DNA of 64,000 nt from positions 88,393,355-88,457,354 of the forward strand of contig NC_057718.1 of NCBI RefSeq assembly GCF_004010195.1, written 5' to 3'. The DNA comes from Chiloscyllium plagiosum. Lineage: Eukaryota. Below, piece by piece: positions 37,801 through 51,500 of this stretch (position 1 is its first letter; every line of letters begins with the position of its first letter). Made by a program: the position numbers and the translations under genes. The notes under the pieces are model-generated. The model made no database searches, was not told the DNA's origin, and was given only the letters and a program-made list of their open reading frames with translations.

Positions 37801-38942
37801 GTAAAAACAATGACTGCAGGTGCTGGAAATCAGATTCTGGATTAGTGGTGCTGGAAGAGCACAGCAGTTCAGGCAACATCCAAGGACCAGCGAAATCGAC
37901 GTTTCGGGCAAAAGCCCTTCATTAGGAATNNNNNNNNNNNNNNNNNNNNNNNNNNNNNNNNNNNNNNNNNNNNNNNNNNNNNNNNNNNNNNNNNNNNNNN
38001 NNNNNNNNNNNNNNNNNNNNNNNNNNNNNNNNNNNNNNNNNNNNNNNNNNNNNNNNNNNNNNNNNNNNNNNNNNNNNNNNNNNNNNNNNNNNNNNNNNNN
38101 NNNNNNNNNNNNNNNNNNNNNNNNNNNNNNNNNNNNNNNNNNNNNNNNNNNNNNNNNNNNNNNNNNNNNNNNNNNNNNNNNNNNNNNNNNNNNNNNNNNN
38201 NNNNNNNNNNNNNNNNNNNNNNNNNNNNNNNNNNNNNNNNNNNNNNNNNNNNNNNNNNNNNNNNNNNNNNNNNNNNNNNNNNNNNNNNNNNNNNNNNNNN
38301 NNNNNNNNNNNNNNNNNNNNNNNNNNNNNNNNNNNNNNNNNNNNNNNNACCTGACCAGGTAGTCACGGAGGGAACGGTCTTTGCGGAAGGTGGAAAGGGG
38401 TGGGGAGGGAAATATATCCCCGGTGGTGGGGTCTTTTTGGAGGTGGCGGAAATGTCGGCGGATGATTTGGTTTATGCAAAGGTTGTTAGAGTGGAAGGTG
38501 AGCACCAGGGGCTTGTTATGGTTGGAGAGGTGGGGTCTGAGGGCGGAGGTGCGGGATGTAGATGAGATGCATCTTTAACCACGTGGGAAGGGAAATTGCG
38601 GTCTCTAAAGGAGGAGGTCATTTGGCGTGTTCTGTGGTGGAACTGGTCCTCCTGGGAGCAGATATGGCAGAGGCGGAGGAATTGGGAATACGGGATGGCA
38701 TTTTTGCAAGAGGTAGGGTGGGAAGAGGTGTAATCCAGTAGCTGTGGGAGTCGATGGGTTTGTAAAAAAAGAAAATGTCCGTGTCAAGTCGGTCGTCATT
38801 AATGGAGATGGAGAGGTCCAGGAAGGGGAGGGAGGTGTCAGAGATGGTCCAGGTAAATTTAATGTCAGGGTGGAATGTTGCCGGAAACGTTGGATGCTGC
38901 CTGAACTGCTGTGCTCTTCCAGCACCACTAATCCAGAATCTG
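37801..38942 (-). mobile_element. Penelope-like element, 5'-truncated within RT, with inverted 5' pLTR; contains the assembly gap
   Basis: FHPDIKFTWTISDTSLPFLDLSISI (PLE RT C-terminus). 12-bp TSD ccatccaatatg (37789-37800, 38943-38954). Inverted pLTR copy at ~38885-38942. Confidence 0.88.
37930..38348. other. Assembly gap (419 N)
   Basis: Run of n. Confidence 1.
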
Positions 38943-40124
38943 CCATCCAATATGATTGTGTCTGATCATCCCTGTCCTGCATTCTCCTCCTGCCCTTTAA
39001 CCCCAAAAACTATATCTAACTCCTAGAAAACATTCAATGTTTTGGCCTTTACTGCTATCTGTGACAAAGTTCCAAAGGCTTGCCACACCCTGGGTGAAGT
39101 AAATTATCATCTCAGTCTTAAATGACACCAATATCCATAAACTGTGACCCCCTAGGTGTGGAGAAGTTTTGACAGTCAGTACAGGAAACAGAAGAGAGCA
39201 CTAAGGCAACAGTCAGAGATTCTAGACTGAAATCCTTGGCAAAACAGCTAATGAGAAGGTAAGAAACGTTCTTGCGTTCTCCTGTTAAGATCTGCAATGT
39301 TCATAGAATCCTTTGTGTGGAAGCAGGCCATTTTGGCCCATTAAATCCACAGCACATACTACCCTGTAAGTACAATGTTTGAGTTGACATGAGCTGAGCA
39401 TGCTCAAGTGGTCTCTTGTTGTCATGGAAGTTTTACCAAGTGTCTGGATGGAGGTTTTCTGGATTAAAAACCATTGCACCTCTCTAGACCTCTGCAAAGG
39501 CACACTCCTTGAGGAGTTGGCCGATTAGTCTCTTTCCCACCTCAGCGACTTGGAGGGAGCAAGTCCAGAGAAGTGCAGGAAGAGCCTGCTTATTTGAGAG
39601 TTCTGCTGACTAGGTATTCTGTCATTTGACTTTAGCAGTCTGTACAATGAGATGTCCCTTTCCTGCAAGGCCTCTTAGGTGCTACACACTGACAGCTGTC
39701 TGTTGGAATTTAGCTTTCCAACAGTACCTCTGGGATACACCTAGGGTGTCAGCCTAGATTCCATGAGCGGGGCTTTAACCTGTTGCTGAACTATGACTGA
39801 TAAATAACTTGAGTTAATTCAGGGTGTTCGCCAATCTTTCCTCTGAATGGTGGCTGCACACACAACCACCTTCTCTAAGGCACTATACGTGCATGGTTGT
39901 GGTCTCTGGGGAAGAACCTGAAGGTACAGTGCACTTAGATGAATCCACTGCATACTATAAAACAAAATTGTAGGGAATTTTTATGTTGGCACTATGGGTA
40001 GAGGAGAAAGAGCACATGGATGTTGTTGGTCTGTACTTTGTAGTTGTCATACCGCACTGTATTTGTGTGGAGCCTTAACACAGTGAAACATCCCAAGCCA
40101 CGCTCTGGTTACGAAACAATAAAA

Positions 40125-40820
40125 CTGTAAGAGGTGGGAGTAGAGTAGGCCACTGAGTCTACTCTGCCATTCAATGATCTGGTAATCCTTAACTCCACTT
40201 TTGCCCCATAACCTTGATTCCCTTACTGATTTTTAAAAAAACCTGTGCATCTCAGCCTTGAATGTACTTAATGACCCAGTCTCAGCAACTCTCTGTGGTA
40301 AAGAATTCCAAAGATACATCCTCTCAGAAGAAATTTCTGGTCCTAGATACTCACGTCATTCCACATCTAATCCCTCATGTCTCCTAAGAGTTTTGTATGT
40401 TCCAATAAGGTTGTTTCCCACACTGCTAAATTCCAATGCGTACAGGCTCAAACTCTCCTCATAAAACAGTCTCTCTGTTCCTGGTATCAGCCTTCTCTCT
40501 GGACTGTCTCCAAAGCTAGTAGGCCTTTCCTTCGATAAGGGACCCAAAGCTGCTCTCAACATTTCAGCTGTGGTCTAACTAGTCCCTTGGTTTAGCAAAA
40601 CCTCTCCACTTTTTAAACTCCTTTTCCTTTGAAATAAAGACTAACATTTCCTTTTGCCTTCCTTATTACCTGCTCAACTAGATAGCTTTTTGTGATTCAT
40701 GGATGAGGACGTTCCGAATTTCTCTGTTCTGTGGCTTTCTGCAGTCTTTCCCCATTTTAAATAACCTTTAGCTCCTCTATTCTTCCTGCCAAAGTGCATA
40801 ATTTTACATTTTCCCCATTA
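40125..40820 (-). mobile_element. Decayed CR1 3' fragment
   Basis: NLIGTYKTLR and RLIPG motifs; reverse tail gagtaggccactgag... Confidence 0.65.
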
Positions 40821-40821
40821 C

Positions 40822-41130
40822 TGGCGAGGTGATGGCCTAGTGGTATTATCACTGGGCTATTGAACCAGGCTCAAATCCTGCCACGGCAGATGGTAGAATT
40901 TGAAATTAATTTTTAAAAATCTGGAGGTAAGAGTTTAATGATAACCATGGATCTGTTGTCGATTGTTGGGTGAAAAGCCTATCTGGTTCACTAATGTTCT
41001 TTGGGGAGGAAACTGCCATCCTTATGTGGTCTGGCCTACATGTGACTCCAGACCCTCTGGGCAATTAGGAATGGGTAATAAATGCAGCTTTGCCAGTGAT
41101 TCCCTCATGCCATGAATGATTAAAGAAAAA
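40822..41130 (+). mobile_element. tRNA-derived SINE with L2-like tail
   Basis: ggcctagtggtattatcactgg head; ggttcactaatg...gaaactgccatcctt body shared with 45990-46662. Confidence 0.7.
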
Positions 41131-42759
41131 ATTATTGTATCTACTGAGTCTTTGCCCACTCATTTAACCTGTCTATAGCTATAGCCCTTTGCAGACTGTC
41201 CATCCTAATCAACAGTGCATTCACTTTCCTCATCTGAATTATTAATATGTATGGTCAATATCCAAAACAGTGTGTGACACTGAGCCATGTAAGGAGATAT
41301 TAGGCCCGGTGACCATAGATTTGGTCCAAGCCATTGGTTTTAAAAAGCATCAGAAAGAAAGCAAGTGGAGGGATGGGAAAGGGAGGGTAATTACAGATCT
41401 TGATCCTAGGCAGTTGAAGGCACATGCATCAATAATGGAGTGATTCAAAGTTAGAGACGCAATAGAGGCCAGTAGTATTGCATATGAGGAGCTTGTGGGG
41501 CTGAAGATGTTTTGATGGAGGTGTGAGGTCACGTTGGATTTGGTAACAAGATGGAGCATGCTAAAATTGAGGCATTATTGTCTGACTGGGGATAAATACA
41601 GGGGTGTTTGGAGACCAGGACTTCGCAACTTTAAGACATCCTGAGATTATTTGCAATGAATACGACATCTAAACAAACAATCTATTTGGAACTATCTATG
41701 AGCAGTGGTGTTCCAGTAATGCCTGGAGTCACTGGACAAAGCAAATCTCTACTCTAGGATTGAGTGCAGTCTTATCTCTCTCTTGCGCAACATTGCAAAA
41801 GCTTTACTGGGATGACCTGTATCCATGTCCCCAGGCCTCTCCTTGACTGAGTCACTTGCGTACCCTCTGCTGATTACAATACAATATTAAGTGAAGTGCT
41901 GTACATACAGGCTGAGGAACTGTGTGGAGCTTATTTTGAAGGGTGTTTGTGAACTGTGCTCTTAAAAGTATTCTGGCAGGAAATGTTCATTCTGCACAGG
42001 GCTGTGTGCATTTGTGGATTGTTTACAAGAAATATCGAAGGCTGACAGTGCTGTGAGGAATGTGTGGGTCATCTCATTATCAGCAATCTGCAAAATGTCT
42101 GTAAAATAGTTCTGTAATTAGAATGGCTCTCAGTCAATGTTTGCTGTTGTCCTTGCAGATCTTGCTGCATAAACAGAACATAGCAATTGAGTGTGGAATT
42201 CTCATTCTCTTGTTTAAATCCTTTCATAGTCTGAGCCCTCCCTATCCCTGAGCACTACAACTCTCTGATCTCTACTCCGGTTCTGGTCTCTCTCCCATCC
42301 AATATCTGATTAAAATTATCTCCAGTGTCATTCACAGGGATATATTGTGTTAAAGGCACTATATAAATGCACATGGCTGTTGAAGAAGGTGCATATTGCT
42401 ACATATCTTGTGTTGCTTCTTAATCCAGACCTATCAATGTCTCTATATGATACTCGGCCTTCAGATTGAACTTCTTTTTCCACGTCCTTGTTCTGCCTAA
42501 TGTTGTGATTCCCTCCAGGATTCGCCTGAAACATGTCGTGGTATTGGGCACACCATTCACCCCCACCAATGGGCACATGTCTTGGCCTATGTGAGCCTCA
42601 TACTTGGGGAATTCCCTTTCTCTATCTCCGCCTAAAACTTTGAAGCTTTTGGTGACTTACCCCAGGAACCCCTTCAGTTTGGTGTCCGTGTTTTTTTTCC
42701 CTCTGCCTCTGTTCTTGCAGATATGACTAAATCAAAATGTTCAATTCGTCTATGCTGAG

Positions 42760-43355
42760 CAGATATCCTAAATTAATCTAGTCCCATTTGCCAGCATTTG
42801 GCCCATATCCCTCTTAAACTCTTCTTATTTATATTCCCATCCAGATGCCTTTTAAATGCTGTAATTGTACCAGCCTCCACCATCTCCTCTGGCAGCTCAT
42901 TCCATACACACAACCCTCTGCGTGAAAACGTTGCCCGTTAGGTCCCTTTTTAAATCCTTCCCCTGTCACTGTAAACTTATGCCCTCCAGTTTTGGACTCC
43001 CCACTCCCAGGGAAAAGACCTTGGCTTTTTACCTTATCCATGCCCCTCATGATTTTATAAACCTCTATAGAGTCACCCGTAATTAGAATGGAAATAATTA
43101 GGGTTAGGGTTAGACAGGTTAAATGAGTGGGCAAAGACTCAGTAGATACAATAATTTTTTCTTTAATCATTCATGGCATGAGGGAATCACTGCTTGAGGA
43201 AGAACAGCCTCAGCCTCTCCCTATAACTCAAATCCGCCAACCTTGGCAACATCCTTGTCAATATTTTCTGCACCTTTTCAAGTTTAACAATATCCTTCCT
43301 ATAGCAGAAACCAGAATTGAATGCAGTTTTTCCAAAATGGCTGAACCAATGTCCT
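42760..43355 (-). mobile_element. CR1/HER1 3' fragment(s)
   Basis: IEVYKIMRGMDKV motif and reverse 3' UTR. Confidence 0.75.
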
Positions 43356-43420
43356 TGTGGAAAGCGCTTTTTTTTATGGTGCGGTGGTTTGGATGAGATG
43401 CCAGGTGAAAACAGTGAATA

Positions 43421-43665
43421 GGAGAAAGTGAGGTCTGCAGATGCTGGAGATCAGAGTTGAAAATGTGTTGCTGGAAAAGCGCAGCAGGTCAGGCAGCATC
43501 CAAGGAGCAGGAGAATCGACGTTTCGGGCATGAGCCCTTCTTCAAGAATGAGGAGAGTGTGTACACTCTCCTCATTCCTGAAGAAGGGCTCATGCCCGAA
43601 ACATCGATTCTCCTGCTCCTTGGATGCTGCCTGACCTGCGCTTTTCCAGCAACACATTTTCAGCA
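43421..43665 (-). mobile_element. Palindromic PLE pLTR mini-element with two hammerhead arms
   Basis: ~100-bp inverted arms centred on gtgtacac (~43560); 14-bp TSD gaaaacagtgaata. Confidence 0.9.
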
Positions 43666-45724
43666 GAAAACAGTGAATAACCTATTTCGAGCAAACGCTG
43701 GCCTCTACTTCAAGTATTTCTTAAGGTGATGGGAGAAGGAAGTGGGTTTCTAAGAATGTCCATCAACCTGTTTGTTGCTTTTAATTAAAAGTACCACAAG
43801 TCATTGCCTCCAAGTCAACATGAGGACAAACATATAGGCTCTTGGTTCAGTGGGAACAGTTGTTCAGATCAGCGTTCTGGAATGCACAAAGGCTAATAGA
43901 TAACAAGTGACATTAGTGCAAATTCAGCTCAAAGGGCAAGATAGAGATGGTGACAAGTTGGGTATGATTAGGCTGAAATTTCCATCCTGCAGGGCCTTCA
44001 GGAAGGATTAGCAAAGGGTTGTAGCAAAACTTGATCAAAGTCAGTTATAGCAGGAAGTGGGGCTCGAGGGAATCGGATGACTATTTAGGAGAAGAAAATC
44101 AGTTATGGGGAAACGATAGGAGATTGGTGCTAGGTAATAGAACCACTGAAGGTGTGATGCTGAATGGCCTATTTCTGTGCTGTAACAATTCTTGGATTGC
44201 ATATCCTGAGGTATGATACCCAAATGATTTGTTTCCATGATAAATTAACTAACCAAAGTGGGATTTTGTGACAGTGAGCCCAACATAATAATTTGGTCAT
44301 CTTTTAACTGCATTGTTTCTGCCACTGAAGATGTGTGGACGTGATTTTATTTTTGGGCCCATCTGTTCCTTTTGTGTTTTGAGAGAGATTTATAAACAAA
44401 TGGATAGAATTCAACAAACCTGGTTCATGTGTGTGACCCAAGAAATTAGTTTCTGTTGAAGGTGTGAATCTAAATCCAGGCATTTATTTTCAAAGGGCAC
44501 ATTTAGATTAGAAGATGGGTGAATTGACTTCTGTTTTTCAGAATGTTGAGCTTCATTCGGAATTGTATGAATTGTCTCAGCTACTGTGGTGGAACTTGTC
44601 ATAGCTGTCAAAATGTGAGCAGTGTTTTCAGAGCAGGTTGTTCGATGTAGATTGGCTTTTAGACCCTCACTGAGAAGAAAGGTCTTTAGAGAATTGTTTC
44701 CAGTAGTTATAGCATCAACCAGATCTTGGAAGAGCTACCTAATGAATGTAAGGTAGAAAAGGTATACACTGACTGCCTTGTCCGCCTGTTTGCTGTAGGT
44801 TTGTTCAGAGTCGGGAATGAAGAATGTATATAGTCATAGATGTACAGCACGGAAACAGACCCTTTAGTCCAACTCGCCCATGCCAACTATGAGGACCTGT
44901 TTCAGCAAGACTCCATAACCAGAAGGGACATGTTTTAAAGTGATTGGCAAAACAACATGGTGAGCCACTATAATGTGAAAAACATCTGAACAAATAGTGG
45001 AAGATTAAATAAAAGCTTTTAAAATGAAATTAGATAATATGGAACGAGCTGCTGAAGGAAGTGTGGAGGCTGGTACAATTACAACATTTAAAAGGCATCT
45101 GGATGGGTACTTGAATAGGAAGGGTTTATAGGATATGGGCCAAATGGTGGCAAATAGGACTAGGTTAATTTAGGATATCTGGTCGGCCATGGACAAGTTG
45201 GACTGAAGAGTCTTTTTCCAAGCTATACATGTCTGTGACTTCGTCATAGAGTTATACAGCACAAATTTGAAAAGGAAAATTTTGCAAGGATAAGATTAAT
45301 TGAATACTTTTATCTAAGGATCAACACTAACATGCTGGGCTGATTAGCCTTTCTACTGTATTGTTTTGGATTTACTGAGCTTCAGGAGCAGATTTGCCAG
45401 TATTGTGGCAGATAGGTTGTTTAGTGGGTCCCTAGATTATGATACTTTATACTACTTCTGATATTGGCTTGAAACCAGCCTAAGTGGATGAAGTGAATGT
45501 TTTATGCGGCTGCATTCATCAGCATGGTAAAAGGTTGAAATGTGCTCTGAGTAGGCACTGAGAAAAATAAATTTCCCTCCAGTGAGTAAATGACTCCTGG
45601 TAAAAGCTGCTCTGAGCACTGCCAGCTCTGAACTCTGCCAAGTCTTCAGTTAGCATTGGGTACTGTAATCTCATTACCCCATACTTTTGTATTCATCATT
45701 TCCAATTGTTGTCCAGGGCTTAGT

Positions 45725-46740
45725 GCTAGCTTTATCTGAGGCAAATGGTCAAGGTTGAACTGCTGACAGTGCAGTACTCCCCAGTACAGTCAGGGGGATC
45801 CTTTTCTTTGAATAGAAGGGGACTTTGCCTTCCTCCTTGGATGGAAATGAAAACCCTCATTGCACTATTTTGATAGGCAACAACATCGTACCTAATGTCT
45901 TGGCCAATATTTATCTCTCGACCAGCAACACTGATGTAGTAATTACCATTACTTGCGCACACGTCAGAAAGAATTCCCCACAAAGCAGGGGATGTGATGG
46001 TCTAGTGCTATTATTACTGAACCAGAGACTCTGGTAATGTTTTGGGGTCCTGGGTTTGAATCCTGCCATGGCAGATGGTGAAATTTGAATTCAATAAATT
46101 CAATAAATAGTGGGCGGCATGGTGGCACAGTGGTTAGCACTGCTGCCTCACAGCGCCAGAGACCCGGGTTCAATTCCCGCCTCAGGTGACTGTGTGGAGT
46201 TTGCACGTTCCTCCGTGTCTGCGTGGGTTTCCTCCGGGTTCTCAGGTTTCCTCCCACAGTCCAAAGATGTGCAGGTCAGGTGAATTGGCCATGCTAAATT
46301 GCCCGTAGTGTTAGGTAAAGGGTAAATGTAGGGGTATGGGTGGGTTACGCTTCGGCGGGTCGGTGTGGACTTGTTGGGCCGAAGGGCCTGTTTCCACACT
46401 GTAATGTAATGTAAATGTCTGGAATTAAGAGTCTAATGATGACCATGAATCCTTTGTCAGAAAAGTTCATCTGGTTCACTAATGTCATTTAGGGAAGGAA
46501 ACTGCCATCCTTCTCTCGTCAAATCTTCTCAAAACTTGCTAACTGCCATCCTTATCTTGTCTGAACTACATGTGACTCCAGACCCACAGCAATGTGGTTG
46601 ACTCTTAACTGTGTTCTGGGATTGGCAATTAATGCTGACCATTATCGCCCGTGAATGAATAAGCTTCACTTACCATGCCTTGGCCACTAAGCACTCCAAT
46701 GTCCAGCAGTTGTGAAAGGTACTACATAAATGCAAGTCTG
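45725..46740 (+). mobile_element. Triple-nested SINEs: SacSINE1/Deu-type containing a tRNA-SINE (~45990-46662) containing an HE1 (46111-46415)
   Basis: Each outer element resumes after the inner one (gaattcaataaa | tctggaattaagag; ...tactacataaatgcaag tail). Confidence 0.7.
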
Positions 46741-47449
46741 TGTCTTTCTTAGCCATTTTTTTTCATTGTTGCATTGTGTTTTCTCATTAGCCACTTGTGG
46801 AACGGCATCCCCTGTTCTTTCAATAGCTTTTTTAGAAATAGCTTCCAATTTCGCTATTTAATTTTTGCAGTGAACCCAGAGTTTTGTAATTTCCTTGTTC
46901 CTCCTAGTTGGCAAAAGTTGCAAAATCATTCCCTAAACTTCTGAAAACCTTTTGTAATCTGGAACACCATTATTAAATAAACCTTTTTTTTAATTCTGAA
47001 TTCCACATTACTTCCTGACATCCTCTTATTCACTACATCTTTGCTACCATTAACAGCCCCACTTAATACCAGTATCCATTTTCAATCCTGTGAAGTATCT
47101 TGCAACTTCATTCCCTAGAGACTGTGACTACTGAAGTAACTATCCATTTCATGTTAGAACCTCTCTGCCAGCAGATAAAGAAAACTTTCAACCCTTTGGT
47201 CTTGGCTGAGTTTGAAACCATGTTCCATAAATGGCAAGCAAGTGGGTAACTCGCTGCAAAACCACCCCGACCCCAAAACCAGGCAAGATCATAGGAGTTC
47301 CCTCCTACATGGTAGACAATTTTGTTAAATCTGTATTATTAGGGATGCGACAAGGAACACGATCGTGTTTATCTGGAAGCTGTTAACATAAAACAAGATT
47401 TGTTTGGTTTGACATGCACAGTGAGAAACAGGCTTATGAAGCCAATCTT

Positions 47450-47900
47450 TAGATTAGATTCCCTAGAGTGTGGAAACAGGTAATTTGGCCCAACAAGTCC
47501 ACACCGACCCTCAGAGTAACCCACCCAGGCTCGTTCCCCTACCCCTATATTTACCCATGACCCATTCCTGATGAAGGGTTTTTGCCTGAAATGTCAATTT
47601 TACTGCTCCTTGGATTCTGCCTGAACTGCTGTGCTTTTCCAGCACCTCTAATCCAGAATCTGGTTTCCAGCATCTGCAGTCATTGCTTTTACCTAATGCA
47701 CCTAACAACACTATGAGCAATTTAGCATGGCCAATCCACCTGTACCTGCACATCTTTGTGACTGTGGAGGAAACCAGAGCATCCGGAAGAAACCTATGCA
47801 GACGGGGAGAATTTACAAACTCCACACAGGCAGTCGCCCGAGGCTGGAATCTGGTTCCTGGTGCTGTGAGGCAGCAGCGCTAACCACTGAGCCACCGTGC
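47450..47900 (-). mobile_element. HE1-type SINE interrupted by a PLE pLTR (47563-47692, plus) that starts at the hammerhead
   Basis: SINE halves flank cattcctgatgaagggtttttgcctgaaatgtc...cagtcattgcttttac. Confidence 0.8.
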
Positions 47901-48644
47901 TGCACATCTTTGTGTCTAGACAGACTTGATATTCTTACACTCAAAACCTCTGAAGAGTACCATTAGCTATAAATGGTTTTAAAACTTGGGTTTATGTTAA
48001 ACGTTACACTGAAACATTATAATACTGCAATTTTTGTTCTGCAATCTGACTGCTCAATAGATTATATTTATGTGGTGTCTTTAATATAAAAGTGTCTCCA
48101 ATGGCACTTCGCAAGAGTGTTATAAAGGAAATTTGACACTCCAGTCACAGTGATGTTGGGAAGATGGCCAAGCATTTGTGGTTAAAGGTTTTCAAGAACA
48201 TTTCTTCTGCCACTCATTCTTCCTTTTTTTTAATGTTTCGGGATTGACTTCCCAGGCCTTGCATTTCAAAGCAGCGGAAGTGTCCAGTCCCTGATGGTGC
48301 AGAGATTTAAAGTTGGGGATTCATGAGGGGCTGTAATTTCAGGAGTGTAGATATCGTGAGTGTTTTTTTGTTTGCTTCTGATAGCTTTTTAACAGTTTAT
48401 TTTTTACAAAGAAATTGTACTCTCTATTTCAATATAGCCATTTTAAAACCGCAACAGAATGCAAATTGCAAAAAATGAGTAAGAAATGGCAGAATTTGGT
48501 ATTCATTAGATCTGTTGATTTTAGAGAATTAAAAAAATAAATTTTGCCAATATTTGAAAAGCAACAATAAAGATTTCCAGTCTTGGATCAAGACTGAAAA
48601 TTTACATTTTATTTTTCTTTTGATTTTTAGTGCAGAGCTAGATA

Positions 48645-48925
48645 GCAGAATCCTAGAATCCCTACAATATGGAAGCAGGTCATTCGGCCCATTGAGAGTC
48701 CTCCAAAGAGCGTCCCACCTGTCCCACCCCATCCCTGTGATCCCACGTTTCTCATGGCCAATCCACCTAATCTGCACATCGTTGAACTGTGGGAGAAAAC
48801 CAGAGCACCCACGGGAAACCCTCGCAGAGACAGGGAGAACATGCAGACTCCACATAGTCACCTGAGGGTGGGACCCTTGCACTGTGTGGCAGCAGTGCTA
48901 ACCACTCAGCCACTGTACCATCTGG
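48645..48925 (-). mobile_element. HE1-type SINE
   Basis: Reverse head gcagtgctaaccactcagccac and V-domain. Confidence 0.75.
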
Positions 48926-48944
48926 GTGTCAGGTTACATACAAA

Positions 48945-51500
48945 CAGATGAAATAAGAACAGGAATAGACCATTCAGCCCCTCGAGCCTGCTTTCTGATC
49001 AATAAGGGCGTGGTTGATCTGATTGTGGCCTTAAATCCACCGACCTACAATAACCTTTCACTCTCTCTTGATGAGAATATACCACTGCCTTATAAATATT
49101 CGAGTACTCTGCTGCCTCCACCATTTTTCTGGATGGAAGATTCCAAAGTCTCATGACCATCAAAGAAAAATTTGCTGCCTCCACTGTTTTAAATAGCTGA
49201 TCCCTGAATTTTAAACATTGCCCCTCATTCTCAATTCTACCTTTTAAGAGGGTTCAGCTCTCACCTCCACCCTATCAAGACCAATCGGGATCTTTACATG
49301 TTTCAGTCAAATCACTTCTTGCTCTTAAGCTCCAGCAGTTATAATGGTAGCCTGTCCAATTCTTCCATGTAAGATAACGCATGCTTCCCCCTCCGGTAAA
49401 CCTTCTCTGAACTACTTCCAGTGCCTTTACCTGTTCCCTTGTGTGACCAATATAGTATTCCAGAGTTGGTTTCATCAATGCCCTGTGCAAAATATGCATA
49501 AACTCCTGTTTTTGTATTCAGTTCCTCTTGTGCTAAATGATGTTGTTTTTCATTCCCTAATTACTTGCTATACATACACACTAACCTTCTGTTAATCATG
49601 CACAGATCCCTCTGCATCGAGCTCTAAAATTTCACTATTTAAATAATACTGTCTGCCAAAATTAGTGGGTGGCACAGTGGTTAGCACTGCTGTCTCACTG
49701 CGCCAGAGACCCGGGTTCAATTCCTGCCTCAGGCGACTGTGTGGAATTTGCACATTGTCTGTGTGGGTTTCCTCCGGGTGCTCCGGTTTCCTCCCATAGT
49801 CCAAAAATGTGCAGGTTAGGTGAATTGACCATGCTGAATTGCCCGTAGTGTTAGGTGAAGGGATAAACATAGGGGAATGGGTCTGGGTGAGTTGCGCTTC
49901 GGCAGGTCGGTGTGGACTTGTTGGGCCGAAGGGCCTGTTTCCACACTGTAAGTAATCTAATCTTAAAAAAAATTAAGCAATTTCACATTTTTCCAAATAC
50001 TACGTTGGCAGATCTTTGCTCATTCACTTCACCTATCTACTTAATTTTGTGGCCTCCATCACAACATCTCTGCATTGTCAGTAAATGTACTTAGCATACC
50101 TTCAGGTCCCTTCGTCCAAGTCATTGAGATAAATTGTGAACAGTTGAGGACCCAGCTCTGATTCCTGTGAAACACCACGTGTAACATTTGACTAACCTAA
50201 AGAAGACCCACTTATGCATGCTGTTGGCTGACTAGCAGGAAGACTTTTCTTCCATCCAGGCCAACATGCTGTCCCTTGGAACTCCATTATATGAAATCTA
50301 AATACAGTATATCCACTGGGTCTCCCTATTCACAACACATGTTACCTTAAAGAACTCCAATCATGTTTAGTCAATCTATTTCTCTTTCACAAAGCTAGGT
50401 TGACTTGGGCTGATTGTCTTGACCTTATCGAAGTGTCCTGCTATAATTTTAATCACTGCTTCTAACATTTCCCTATGACACATGCTAACCTAACTGTGCA
50501 TTTTGAAAAAGCAAAACAGAGCAGGACTTTAATGGTAAAGACCTGGGGACTGTTGCTAAACAGAGAGACCTTGGAGTGCAGGTTCATAGCTCCTTGAAAG
50601 AGTAGGGCTACATGGTAGATAGGATAGTGAAGAAGGCGTTTGATATGCTTTCCTTTATTGGTCAGAGTATTGAGTACAGGAGTTGGGAGGTCATTGGTTA
50701 GGCCACTTTTGGAATGTTGTGTACAATTCTGGCCTCCTTACCGGAAGGATGTTGTGAAACTTGAAAGAGTTCAGAAAAGACTTGCAAGGAGGTTGCCAGG
50801 GTTGGAGGGTTTGAGCTGTAGGGAGAGGCTGAATAGGCTGGGGTTGTTGTCCCTAGTGCATTAGAGGCTGAGGGGTGACCTTTTATAGAGGTTTATAAAG
50901 TCATGAGGATACAATAAATAGGTCTTTTCCCTGGGCTGGGTTAGTCCAGAACTAGAGGATGAGAGGGGAAAGATATAAAAGTGATCCAAGGGGCAATGTT
51001 TTGACACGGTGGTGCGTGTATGGAATAAGCTGCCAGAGGAAGTGTTGGAGACTGGTACAATTAGAGCATTTAAGAGGCATCTAGATGGGTCTATGAATAG
51101 GAAGGGTTTAGAGGGATAAGAGCCAAATGCTGACAAATGGAACTAGATTATCTGGTTAACACAGATGAGTTGCACTGAAGGATCTGGTTCCATGCTGTGT
51201 ACATCTATGACTTTGTTTCTGGTCTCCCTATTGAATAAAGGAGTTGCATTTGCTATTTTCCAATCTAATGGGATTGTCCCACATGCAAGGGCATCTTGCA
51301 AAGTCAAAACCGACCTATCAACTATCCCACTAGCCACTTCTTTTAAGAGCTAAATATGAAGTTCATTAAGACTTGGGCACTTGCCAGCCCTCCGCTGGCG
51401 TAATTTATTCAGTACTACTTCTCTGGGGGCTGAATGTTCAGACTCCCCCCACCTCTTGTCTCCTAATTTATCCCTGGTTCTGGGATGTTACTTGTATCTT
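48945..51500. mobile_element. Decayed minus-strand CR1 with nested HE1 SINE (49665-49962, +) and younger HER1 3' fragment (50495-51213, +)
   Basis: LEVVQRRF and WKIANATPLF (minus); LVRPLLECCVQFW...KLERVQKR (plus); SINE head at 49666. Confidence 0.75.

Noticed and set aside
37786..38505. Long ORFs of 165-239 aa
   Set aside because: Artefacts of translating through the N gap.
39156..39258. Possible cassette exon (cctag|GT... AAG|gtaaga)
   Set aside because: Stops in all three frames and it abuts a CR1 remnant; no support.
46111..46185. tRNA-like sequence
   Set aside because: Head of an HE1 SINE, continuing into V-domain and LINE tail; not a tRNA gene.
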